From the NCBI GenBank assembly GCA_965267575.1, contig OZ254086.1:2848001-2912000 (forward strand): a stretch of DNA of 64,000 nucleotides. Reading direction: 5' to 3'. The notes under the pieces are model-generated. The model made no database searches and was not told the DNA's origin. It saw nothing but the letters and a program-made list of their open reading frames with translations. This DNA is from Calditrichales bacterium. GTDB taxonomy: Bacteria > Calditrichota > Calditrichia > Calditrichales > J004. This document shows, piece by piece, positions 1 to 8,304 of the stretch (positions are counted from its first letter, which is position 1; each line of letters starts with the position of its first letter). The translations under genes and the position numbers were made by a program.

Positions 1-355
1 GGACGGCATTGTACCGATCATGTTTCTGATTGCCGGCTACTTTGTTTATACCATGGGGGAGCTGTCCATTTCCCCGGTGGGCCTTTCGATGATCACCAAG
101 CTTTCACCGGCGCGCATGGTTAGTTTTATGATGGGTGTCTGGTTTTTATCATCGGCTTTTGCCAACCACATGGCGGCGCTTATTGCCAAGCTTACCAGTA
201 GCGATGCAGATAGTGTGGAGGCGGTTACGGCGCAGGGAGTCCTGGCTAGCTACACCGATGTCTTTGAGACCGTTTTCTGGATCTGCCTGGCCGCCAGCGC
301 GCTAATGTTGATTTTCCTGAAACCGCTCAGAAAGATGATGCACGGGGTGCATTAG
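1..355 (+). CDS. POT/PTR family di-/tripeptide:H+ symporter, C-terminal part (truncated by window edge)
   Basis: GELSISPVGLSMITKLSP...MMGVWFL motif typical of POT (DtpT-like) C-terminal helices; hydrophobic segments. Confidence 0.85.
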   Translation, partial: DGIVPIMFLIAGYFVYTMGELSISPVGLSMITKLSPARMVSFMMGVWFLSSAFANHMAALIAKLTSSDADSVEAVTAQGVLASYTDVFETVFWICLAASALMLIFLKPLRKMMHGVH

Positions 356-363
356 ATAGAGTT

Positions 364-546
364 TTAGTGAGCTGCTTCTTCCAACTGGCTTTCCTGCCGC
401 TCCAGGCTTTTTTCCAACGAGCGCAGCTCAAGCTTTAACGATTCCAGTTCAAAATCGGAGATGGTTTTTTCGCCGAGGATCAGGTAATTATACTCATGCT
501 TCCTGATTTGCTGGCGCAGCTGTTCGGTACGTTCCTTCAATTCCAT
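364..546 (-). CDS. Small protein resembling stand-alone domain Ia (NMN-binding N-terminal domain) of NAD+-dependent DNA ligase
   Basis: LRQQIRKHEYNYLILGEKTISDFELESLKLELRSLE matches the LigA N-terminal pattern LRxxxxxHxYxYxxxxxPxISDxEYD; strong SD (AAAGGAG) upstream of the ATG on the minus strand. Confidence 0.7.
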   Translation of the reverse strand: MELKERTEQLRQQIRKHEYNYLILGEKTISDFELESLKLELRSLEKSLERQESQLEEAAH

Positions 547-723
547 AATGGTACTCCTTTATCTTATGGTTTATCTCTATATGGAATTGACGGTAAAGCC
601 GTGGTCTTTTTTAAAAATGTGGTCAAAGTGGAGCTTTTTGAGCAGCGCTTTGTGACGGTGCGCAAATTGACAGTGCCGCAGGACCTGAGATTTTTCAGCC
701 CGGGGTGAATGCTAAACAAACCG

Positions 724-761
724 AAGCACTTTAATACTTTAGAACATTAAAACTTTAGCAC
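724..761. repeat. Degenerate 8-bp tandem array (agcacttt/aatacttt/agaacatt/aaaacttt/agcac)
   Basis: Visible 8-nt periodicity; aactttagcac (751-761) is the exact reverse complement of 35827-35837. Confidence 0.55.
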
Positions 762-767
762 AGATCT

Positions 768-1466
768 TTACTGCCTGTTCATCATCCAGTCAAGCAGATC
801 GTACATATTGTCCAGCCAGACTTTGTAGCCCTGGAGTTTGTGTTTGTTGTTGTAAGGTGTTGCCAGGGCGGCGCAGGCGATGCCCGCTTTACCGGCGCTT
901 GTCAGTCCGGCCTGGGAATCTTCCACGGCCAGGGTGGCGGCGGCCGGTATTTCCAAAAGCTGCAGGGCGCGCTTGTAGATATCAGGGGCCGGTTTTTTGC
1001 GGGCGACATCATCGCCGGCCACGACGGCAGTCAGCACCGGTTTTAAATCCAGAGGCTGGTCGGGGTGACGCTTAAGAGCTCCCAGAATGGCGTCTACCTG
1101 CTCGCGGTCGCTGGAGGTGGCCAGGCCGAGTTTGATATTATTGTTCAGCGCGTAATCGATCACTTCCATGACGCCGGGATTGGCGCGCAGCGGCTGCTCG
1201 CGTAAAAGCTCCAGGTAGATAGCGTTGCGTTCTTTGACTACCTCAGGCAGTTCAAGCTCCACGCCTTTGCTGCGTAAAAAACGATCATATATAGTGCGAA
1301 AATTTTCTTCAACCGAGTGACCGATCAGGCTTTCCATAAATTCTTGCGAGGGATTTACATCAAAAGGTTGCAGCCAGCGCCGGAATGCGCGAATGTGAAT
1401 CGGTTCCGTGTCGGCTAGAACGCCGTCCATATCCAGGATAAGGGCTTGAAGGGGTTGGTCTGTCAT
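768..1466 (-). CDS. HAD family phosphatase (beta-phosphoglucomutase-like, subfamily IA)
   Basis: Motif I DMDGVLADTE, motif II ATSS, KKPAPDIY, motif IV EDSQAG. Confidence 0.9.
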   Translation of the reverse strand: MTDQPLQALILDMDGVLADTEPIHIRAFRRWLQPFDVNPSQEFMESLIGHSVEENFRTIYDRFLRSKGVELELPEVVKERNAIYLELLREQPLRANPGVMEVIDYALNNNIKLGLATSSDREQVDAILGALKRHPDQPLDLKPVLTAVVAGDDVARKKPAPDIYKRALQLLEIPAAATLAVEDSQAGLTSAGKAGIACAALATPYNNKHKLQGYKVWLDNMYDLLDWMMNRQ

Positions 1467-1607
1467 TAAAACCTGCTTGATTGTGTTTGTGTTAAGCTGG
1501 CAAATTTACGGCAACGCACGCATACGCGGCAAGGGCAAGCGCATTTCTTATTTGTCAGTTATAGCCGACCGTGTTAAATTTAGCGTTCGTAATTAATGGA
1601 AAAGTGA

Positions 1608-2390
1608 ATGCCCTTTAAATATTGTAATGTTGGCAATGCCAACGTATACCGCGAAGGAAAATTCCGCAGCGAAATTGATTCGCAGGTGGTGCTGTGGGAA
1701 AAGCTGGAGGTGCTGCAGGAGGAGACGCAGTTTAGCGAAGTACGCTGCGAGGATGGCTATACGGGCTGGGTTAATAACCGTCAGATGGTTGAAGCCGCCG
1801 AGCCTGTCGCTGAGATGACTTTGTTGACTTTTGGCTCGCCCGTGTACGAGCTGCCCAATAGTCACGCCAGCGTGATCCGCGATGTGGTGAGCGGTTGCTT
1901 TGTGCCGGTAACGGAAAAGCGTGACGGCTGGCTGCAGATCAATCTGCCTGACGGAGAAAGCGGCTTTATTCCGGAATCGACGGTGGAGCAGAACGGGGCG
2001 CGATCGGCCCGCGATATTATGCTGCACAAGGCGCGGTTTTTCAGCGGCGTGCCTTATTTCTGGGGCGGTAAAACCAACAAGGGTTTGGACTGCTCGGGTT
2101 ACATGCAGTTGTTGCACAAGTTTGCCGGCAAAACGATCCGCCGTGATTCGCCGATGCAGTTTGAAGATGCCCGGCCCGTTTCGGAGAAGGCCGCTGGCGG
2201 GCAACCCGGCGATCTGCTTTTTTTTGCCGAATATGGAACGCGCATTACGCATGTTGGATTAAAGCTTTCGGACAGCGAGTTTATACATGCCCGCGGAATG
2301 GTGCGTATCAACACGATTGAGCCGGGAAGCAGCGCGTATGACGAAGAATTGATGCGATCGTTTGTGGCTATTAAAACCTTTATGGACTAA
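1608..2390 (+). CDS. SH3 + NlpC/P60 (C40) peptidase, YkfC/dipeptidyl-peptidase VI-like
   Basis: PYFWGG...GLDCSG, THVG, FIHA (Cys-His-His triad); two SH3b-like N-terminal repeats; no signal peptide. Confidence 0.85.
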   Translation: MPFKYCNVGNANVYREGKFRSEIDSQVVLWEKLEVLQEETQFSEVRCEDGYTGWVNNRQMVEAAEPVAEMTLLTFGSPVYELPNSHASVIRDVVSGCFVPVTEKRDGWLQINLPDGESGFIPESTVEQNGARSARDIMLHKARFFSGVPYFWGGKTNKGLDCSGYMQLLHKFAGKTIRRDSPMQFEDARPVSEKAAGGQPGDLLFFAEYGTRITHVGLKLSDSEFIHARGMVRINTIEPGSSAYDEELMRSFVAIKTFMD

Positions 2391-2446
2391 CCAAAAAAGG
2401 AGACGGGGAGAACGCACAGGGATGTAAGTTTTAACGGACTAAGCTT

Positions 2447-2950
2447 ATGCTGGATAAAAGCGTACTGGTTCTTAACCAGAATTTTGAACCTATTTCTATT
2501 ACATCGGCGCGCAAGGCGATTGTGCTGCTGTTTATGGAGAAAGCCGAGATGGTGGAACGCTATGATGCGGACGTCCACGCGGTAAGCATCAGTATACCCT
2601 ATCCCAGCGTAATCCGTTTAAGCCGTTATGTGCGTAAGCCCTACAAGCGCGTAGCCCTTAGCCGCAAAAACATCATCAAGCGCGATAACCACACCTGCCA
2701 GTACTGCGGCAAAAACCACCAGCCCATGACCATTGATCACATCGTTCCGCGCAGCCTGGGCGGCAAGGATACCTGGGAAAACCTGGTGACAGCCTGCTTC
2801 CGCTGCAATGGCAAAAAGGGCGACCGTACCCCGGACCAGGCCGGCATGCGCCTTGTCCGCAAACCCGCGCGACCCACGCATCTTTTTTACCTGCAATACA
2901 TCGCCGGCAAGCCGCACTCCACCTGGGCCAATTATTTGTTTATGAATTGA
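2447..2950 (+). CDS. HNH endonuclease (widespread McrA/COG1403-like family)
   Basis: VLVLN..EP, PSVIRL, RDxxTCQYCG, TIDHIVPRSLGG, WENLVTACFRCN. Confidence 0.9.
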   Translation: MLDKSVLVLNQNFEPISITSARKAIVLLFMEKAEMVERYDADVHAVSISIPYPSVIRLSRYVRKPYKRVALSRKNIIKRDNHTCQYCGKNHQPMTIDHIVPRSLGGKDTWENLVTACFRCNGKKGDRTPDQAGMRLVRKPARPTHLFYLQYIAGKPHSTWANYLFMN

Positions 2951-3014
2951 TGGCGGAAAATTTGAGTACGTTTCAATCGCAAGGTAAATTGTATCTAAAA
3001 AAGAAGCATAGAGT

Positions 3015-3224
3015 ATGAATAATGAAATCATTTTCGTAGTAGAGGAATCTCTCGACGGCGGCTATGAGGCTAAAGCTTTGAACCACTCCGTTTTTTCGGA
3101 AGCCGATGATTTGGAGGCTTTACGCGAGGCCGTGAAAGATGCCGTAAATTGTCATTTTGAGCCTGAAAATAAACCTAAGATTATCCGGCTGCATTTTGTA
3201 AAGGAAGAGGTCATCTCGGTGTGA
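3015..3224 (+). CDS. hicB: Short HicB-like antitoxin (no C-terminal DNA-binding domain)
   Basis: IIFVVEES.DGGYEA...FSEAD.LEALREAVKDAV partial RNase H-like HicB fold; GTGA overlap with the downstream hicA. Confidence 0.7.
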   Translation: MNNEIIFVVEESLDGGYEAKALNHSVFSEADDLEALREAVKDAVNCHFEPENKPKIIRLHFVKEEVISV

Positions 3225-3466
3225 AACTGCCAAGAGACGTCGATGCATCTAAACTGATTACTTCATTAAAAAAACTGGGCTATAGCAAAACAAGACAGAC
3301 CGGAAGCCATATCAGGCTTACGAAAATATCAGGTGACAAAGAGCATCACCTGACCATTCCCGATCATTCCCCCCTAAAAATAGGTACCCTTAATAATATT
3401 CTGCAGGACATTGCCCGTCATTTAAAAATCTCCAAAGAAGAATTGTTGCAGAAGTTAAAGTTATAA
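3221..3466 (+). CDS. hicA: HicA/YcfA family toxin (mRNA interferase)
   Basis: LKKLGY..TRQTGSHIRL...TIPDH..LKIGTLNNIL, the HicA signature with catalytic GSH histidine. Confidence 0.9.
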   Translation: MKLPRDVDASKLITSLKKLGYSKTRQTGSHIRLTKISGDKEHHLTIPDHSPLKIGTLNNILQDIARHLKISKEELLQKLKL

Positions 3467-3884
3467 TTGAAGGTTATTAGGCCCCATAGAACCGAAATGT
3501 CATAGCATAAGACAACCCCTGCCCCTGTTCAGCCCCATCGGGGGTGCACATAACAGTCCTCTGCGACGCAGCTAAAACTCGCTCCCATCTAGCCTTTCTA
3601 TGACGGGACGCATCTTCGATGCTGAACATGCATTCCAAGGTTCAAATAAGATTGCCGCGCAGTATTTTCTTCCTTTAGATATATTTTACGCTATGTGTCG
3701 GGATAATTGCCCGGGAATGCTTTCCCGGTTGGCTTTGCCTTTTGGATACCGTCTATGTTATCCGCTTTTTAGTTTGTTCACTTTTGTGCTATTTTGTACA
3801 TTCCCGCTTTTAAAAAATGATGTGTTCTTATCCCCGTTGTAAAACCGGCCTTGCGAACACAAGTTGACAAAACGGAAGGAAATC

Positions 3885-4892
3885 ATGGCTAAGGATGTTG
3901 TTTTAACCGGCATAACCACCACCGGCACGCCGCACCTGGGGAACTACGTTGGCGCCATTCGTCCGGCGGTGCATGCCAGCCTGAACACGGATGTGGATTC
4001 ATTTTATTTTCTCGCCGATTACCACGCGCTTATAAAAAATTACGATCCAGCCGCGCGCCGACAGTCAACACTGGAGATTGCCGCCACCTGGCTGGCCTGC
4101 GGGCTGGACCCGGAAAAGGTCACTTTTTACCGCCAGTCGGACATCCCGGAGATTATGGAGCTGACCTGGATATTGACCTGCTTCAGCGCCAAGGGTTTGA
4201 TGAATCGCGCCCACGCCTACAAGGCAATCGTGCAGGCCAACGAGGAAGCCGGCAAACAAGACATCGAAGAAGGCGTTACCATGGGCCTGTTCTGCTACCC
4301 GATTCTGATGGCGGCGGACATCATCATGTTTAAGGCCAACAAGGTGCCCGTGGGTAAAGACCAGATCCAGCACCTGGAGATGGCTCGCGACATCGCCCAG
4401 CGTTTTAACCACTATTACGGCGATATCCTGGTGCCGCCGGATGCCGTGGTGGAGGAGAGGACATCGGTTCTGACGGGGCTGGACGGGCGCAAGATGAGCA
4501 AAAGCTACAATAACACGATTCCCTTGTTCCTGCCGGAAAAAAAGCTGCGCAAAATGATCATGAAAATCGTCACCAACAGCCTGGAGCCGGGTGTACCCAA
4601 AGATCCCGATACATCGGCGGTTTTCCAGATTTATCGCGCCTTTGCCAGCGAAGAGCAAACGGCAGAGATGCGCCAGAAGTTCGCCGAAGGCATCGCCTGG
4701 GGCCAGGCCAAGCAGGAGTTGTTTGAGCTGATCAACGAGGAGATCGCCGAAGCACGCGAGAAATATAACGCGCTGATTGAAGACACGGCGTTCATCGAGA
4801 AGAAGCTGCAGGAAGGCGCCGAGAAAGCCCGAGCCGTAAGCGTGCCGTTTATGAATGAAATCCGCAAAGCAATTGGGATGAGCGCGCTTTAG
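3885..4892 (+). CDS. trpS: Tryptophan--tRNA ligase
   Basis: HLGN and KMSKS class I motifs, [16 protein letters not shown]; start chosen at the ATG after AAGGA. Confidence 0.97.
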   Translation: MAKDVVLTGITTTGTPHLGNYVGAIRPAVHASLNTDVDSFYFLADYHALIKNYDPAARRQSTLEIAATWLACGLDPEKVTFYRQSDIPEIMELTWILTCFSAKGLMNRAHAYKAIVQANEEAGKQDIEEGVTMGLFCYPILMAADIIMFKANKVPVGKDQIQHLEMARDIAQRFNHYYGDILVPPDAVVEERTSVLTGLDGRKMSKSYNNTIPLFLPEKKLRKMIMKIVTNSLEPGVPKDPDTSAVFQIYRAFASEEQTAEMRQKFAEGIAWGQAKQELFELINEEIAEAREKYNALIEDTAFIEKKLQEGAEKARAVSVPFMNEIRKAIGMSAL

Positions 4893-5307
4893 AGTTGGGA
4901 ATACTCAACTGTCATTTAGAATCCCCGGCAGGGGTGAGAAATCCGGGAGTGAGACCTTGGATTGCTGTTGCCGGAAGGTTCCGGATCTCTCCGGCATCCG
5001 CCGTTCGAGATGACAGGGCGGGCGTTTTTCCGTTTCGTTCCCGCAATTGAATCCCCTGCGCGGTGGTTGGGATGGAATAATGCGCAGGGTTTCCAAATGC
5101 TGTATTACTGGATTCCCGTTTTCACGGGAATGACAATTAAGGTTGCTTTGGGCACCCTTTGGGCAACAAAAAAGCCTCTTCCATTCTTTGAAGGGAAGGG
5201 GTTTGGGGATGGGTTCGAGATCAAGAGCATGATCATGATCACGATCAAGAAAAACCTGAAAACTTGAACACATTAACACATTAACACATTGACACATTAA
5301 CACACTA
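4893..5307. repeat. Intergenic mosaic of REP-like palindromes and short tandem arrays
   Basis: Inverted pair 4909-4946/4981-5016; dRS3-like hairpin 5108-5139; purine/pyrimidine hairpin 5171-5213; GATC 6-mer array 5219-5250; ACACATTA 8-mer array 5266-5305. Confidence 0.8.
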
Positions 5308-6051
5308 ATGATCTATCGCGTAAAGCTGGACATATTTGAAGGTCCTTTTGACCTGCTGCTGTTTCTGATCCGCAAGAATGAGGTGGATATTTATGATATC
5401 CCTATTTCCAAGATCACAAAGCAGTTTCTGGATTACATTGAGGTGATGCAGATCCTCGATCTGGATGTGGCGGGGGATTTTATCGAAATCTGCGCGATAC
5501 TGATGAGCATAAAAGCGCGCTACCTGCTGCCTCGGCCGGAGAGCGATGAAGAAGAGATAGAGGACGATCCACGGCTGGAGCTGGTGGAACGGCTGATCGA
5601 GTACAAGCGCTTTAAGGATGCTTCCGAAGATATGGCTGACATGGAAGAAAAGCGCAGCCGCCTCTATGGCCGCAGCTATTTTGATTACCTGCCCAAAGGC
5701 GAAGAACCCACGGACGAAGAATATATCGGTCAGGTGACGCTGTTTGACCTGATGATGGCCTTCCGCAAGGCGATTGAGCAGATGCCCAAGGTGCATTATC
5801 ATGAAGTGCGCATGATCAAGGTGACGGTGGAGGAGCAGTCGGCATTGATACTGACGCGGCTGCAGGGCCAGAAGATGATCCTTTTCCAGGACCTGATGCG
5901 CGAGCTGAAAGAGAAAATTGAAATTATCGTAACATTTATCGCTTTGCTGGATTTGGTGAAAAACGGCAAGGTGGAGGTGGCGCAATCGAGTGTGTTTGAT
6001 GACATCCGCATTAAGCCGCGCGCCGTAACCGGGGAGACGGTGGAAGTATGA
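5308..6051 (+). CDS. scpA: Segregation and condensation protein A
   Basis: FEGPFDLLLFLI...DIYDIPI; FIALLDLVK C-terminal winged helix. Confidence 0.95.
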   Translation: MIYRVKLDIFEGPFDLLLFLIRKNEVDIYDIPISKITKQFLDYIEVMQILDLDVAGDFIEICAILMSIKARYLLPRPESDEEEIEDDPRLELVERLIEYKRFKDASEDMADMEEKRSRLYGRSYFDYLPKGEEPTDEEYIGQVTLFDLMMAFRKAIEQMPKVHYHEVRMIKVTVEEQSALILTRLQGQKMILFQDLMRELKEKIEIIVTFIALLDLVKNGKVEVAQSSVFDDIRIKPRAVTGETVEV

Positions 6052-6794
6052 TCGTCGATGCATTGCAAATTGTGGAAGCGTTGTTGTTCGCCAGCGACAG
6101 TCCGTTGCCGGCGCGTAAGATAAAAGAAATCCTGCCAGACATAGGCGGCGAAGGCGACGTAAAAAAACTGCTGCGCGAGTTGGAAGAGAAATACGACAAA
6201 AGCAACAGCAGCATCCAGATTATCCAGTTGGCCGGCGGTTACCAGATGGTGACACGGGAAACCTACGCCTCCTGGGTCTCACAACTTTATAAAGCGAGGG
6301 CACAATCGCGGCTTACGCGCAAAGGCCTGGAAACGCTGGCTATTATTGCCTACCGCCAGCCGATTACCAAGCAGGAGATTGAGCATATTCGCGGAGTGAG
6401 CGCGGACGGCGTGGTGCGCACACTGATCGAGCGCAACCTGATCACGGTTAAAGGCCGTGAAAAGGCGCCGGGCAATCCGCTGTTGTATGGCACCACAAAA
6501 TATTTTCTGGAGTACTTTGGATTGAATGATATCAGCGATCTGCCCAAGCTGAAAGAAATTGACGAATTGCTTAAGGGCGATTCCAAGTTCCTGGAAAGCC
6601 TGGACCAGGTGGCGCTTGAGCAGCTGATGCCTGAGGCACTGGGCCTGAACTCCATGACCGACGAAGAAGATGCTGCCGGCGAAGACGATAATGCCGCCAG
6701 GACGCAAGATACGCCGGCCGCTGAAAACGCGCAGGACAATGCCGTTGACCAGGGCGATGAGGGGGAAGAGGAGCGCCGTGATCCGTCTGAATAA
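6048..6794 (+). CDS. scpB: Segregation and condensation protein B
   Basis: VEALLFAS, LETLAIIAYRQPIT..EIE.IRGV, PGNPLLYGTT..FLEYFGL; acidic tail. Confidence 0.95.
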   Translation: MIVDALQIVEALLFASDSPLPARKIKEILPDIGGEGDVKKLLRELEEKYDKSNSSIQIIQLAGGYQMVTRETYASWVSQLYKARAQSRLTRKGLETLAIIAYRQPITKQEIEHIRGVSADGVVRTLIERNLITVKGREKAPGNPLLYGTTKYFLEYFGLNDISDLPKLKEIDELLKGDSKFLESLDQVALEQLMPEALGLNSMTDEEDAAGEDDNAARTQDTPAAENAQDNAVDQGDEGEEERRDPSE

Positions 6795-7512
6795 GTACCT
6801 GGCGCGCTGTGGCGTAGCTTCCCGCCGGGCCTGTGATGAACTGATCAGCAAGGGCCGGGTTAAGGTGAACGGCAAAGTGGTGAAGGAACTGGGCGTCGTG
6901 ATCGATGAAAACAGTGACCGCGTGGAATTTGACGGAAAGCTGATGGACAGCAGTAAAACGGAAAATTTTATCTACGTGCTGCTCAACAAGCCGCAGGAAG
7001 TTATCAGCACCGCCGACGATGAATTTAGCCGCGAGACAGTGGTGGACCTCATCGCCGCGCCGCAGCGCATTTACCCCGTGGGCCGGCTGGATTACCAGAC
7101 CACGGGCGTGCTGCTTTTAACCAATGACGGCGAACTGACCAATCGTCTTATCCACCCCCGTTATAAAGTAACCAAAGTTTACCACGCGCTAATTGACCGC
7201 AAAATCAAGCCGGTGGATCTGTATCATCTTCGCAACGGTGTGGAGCTGGATGGTAAGAAAACACTGCCCTGCAAGATTGAAGAAATGCGCATCGTTGACA
7301 ACCAGAGCTTTTTAAAAATAGAGTTGCGCGAGGGGCGCAACCGCCAGATACGGCGCATGTTTGAGGCCGTGGGCTATGAAGTGGAGGAATTGGATCGCGT
7401 AGCTTTTGGCGGTCTTAGTTATGGCGGATTGCACCGCGGCGAATGGCGCTACCTGCGTCCGGCGGAGGTTGAGCAACTGCAAAACCTGGTCCAGGAAAAC
7501 CCGGTATCCTGA
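6778..7512 (+). CDS. rluB: rRNA pseudouridine synthase, RluB/RsuA family
   Basis: S4 domain RLNKYLARCGVASRR, catalytic PVGRLD, EGRNRQIRRM; GTG start at 6778 inferred; scpAB-rluB synteny. Confidence 0.9.
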   Translation: MIRLNKYLARCGVASRRACDELISKGRVKVNGKVVKELGVVIDENSDRVEFDGKLMDSSKTENFIYVLLNKPQEVISTADDEFSRETVVDLIAAPQRIYPVGRLDYQTTGVLLLTNDGELTNRLIHPRYKVTKVYHALIDRKIKPVDLYHLRNGVELDGKKTLPCKIEEMRIVDNQSFLKIELREGRNRQIRRMFEAVGYEVEELDRVAFGGLSYGGLHRGEWRYLRPAEVEQLQNLVQENPVS

Positions 7513-8196
7513 ATGGCTGAGCGCAAGATAAATATCGCTATCGACGGCCCGGCAGCGTCCGGCAAAAGCAGCACCGCAAAGCTTGTGGCAAAGCGGCTCG
7601 GTTTTATTTATGTAGATACCGGCGCCATGTACCGCGCGGCAACGCTGGCAGCGCGCAGAGCAGGCGTAAACTGGAAAGACCCGCAGGCGATCGTTGAGGT
7701 GGTTGAGCGAAGCCATATTGAGCTGAAACGCATTGACGGGACACAGCACACTTTCCTGGATGGTGAAGATGTTAGTCGCGCCATCCGCCAGCCCGTGATC
7801 GATAAACATGTGAGCGATGTGGCTTCCAACGGACCGGTGCGCGCGTTGCTTGTGGCCCGCCAGCGTGAAATGGCCCGCGATGGCGGCGTGGTGATGGACG
7901 GCCGCGATATCGGCACGGTGGTGCTGCCGGATGCCGAGCTGAAAGTGTTTATGGTTGCTTCCATCGATGCGCGCGCAAAACGGCGCATCCGGGAACTGCA
8001 AGCGCACGGTGAAGAGGTGGATGCCGAAGCCGTCAAGAAAGAAATCCGCCGCCGCGATGAAGCCGACCAGAACCGCAAAGACGGCCCGCTTAAAAAAGCC
8101 GATGACGCCCGCGTCCTGGACAACTCAAATCTCACCGTCGGGCAGCAGGTGGAGCAGATTGTGCGCTGGGCAAATGAGATTGTTCATCCTGCCTGA
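7513..8196 (+). CDS. cmk: Cytidylate kinase
   Basis: IAIDGPAASGKS, DTGAMYRA, DGRDIGTVVLPDA. Confidence 0.97.
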   Translation: MAERKINIAIDGPAASGKSSTAKLVAKRLGFIYVDTGAMYRAATLAARRAGVNWKDPQAIVEVVERSHIELKRIDGTQHTFLDGEDVSRAIRQPVIDKHVSDVASNGPVRALLVARQREMARDGGVVMDGRDIGTVVLPDAELKVFMVASIDARAKRRIRELQAHGEEVDAEAVKKEIRRRDEADQNRKDGPLKKADDARVLDNSNLTVGQQVEQIVRWANEIVHPA

Positions 8197-8304
8197 GCCG
8201 CATTTTATACAGTGGTTCCAGCCCTTTAAAAAATCCGCCGTTGAAATCAGCGGTCAAAAACGCTATAATCGCACAGAGCATTGTTTAAACTTCAGCGGGC
8301 CCGT

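Noticed and set aside
2447..2950. HNH as an IscB/Cas9-like or defence nuclease
   Set aside because: No RuvC motifs, bridge helix or adjacent ncRNA/methylase; it fits the common stand-alone HNH family
3630..3884. T-box leader for trpS, and ORF 3600-3842
   Set aside because: No T-box (AAGGTGGxACC) or terminator/antiterminator seen; the ORF lacks an SD and recognisable features
4905..5303. ORFs 4905-5303(-) and 4962-5267(+)
   Set aside because: They are translations of the repeat mosaic (CVNVLM, DRDHDH, WIPVFTGMT), with no protein-like signal
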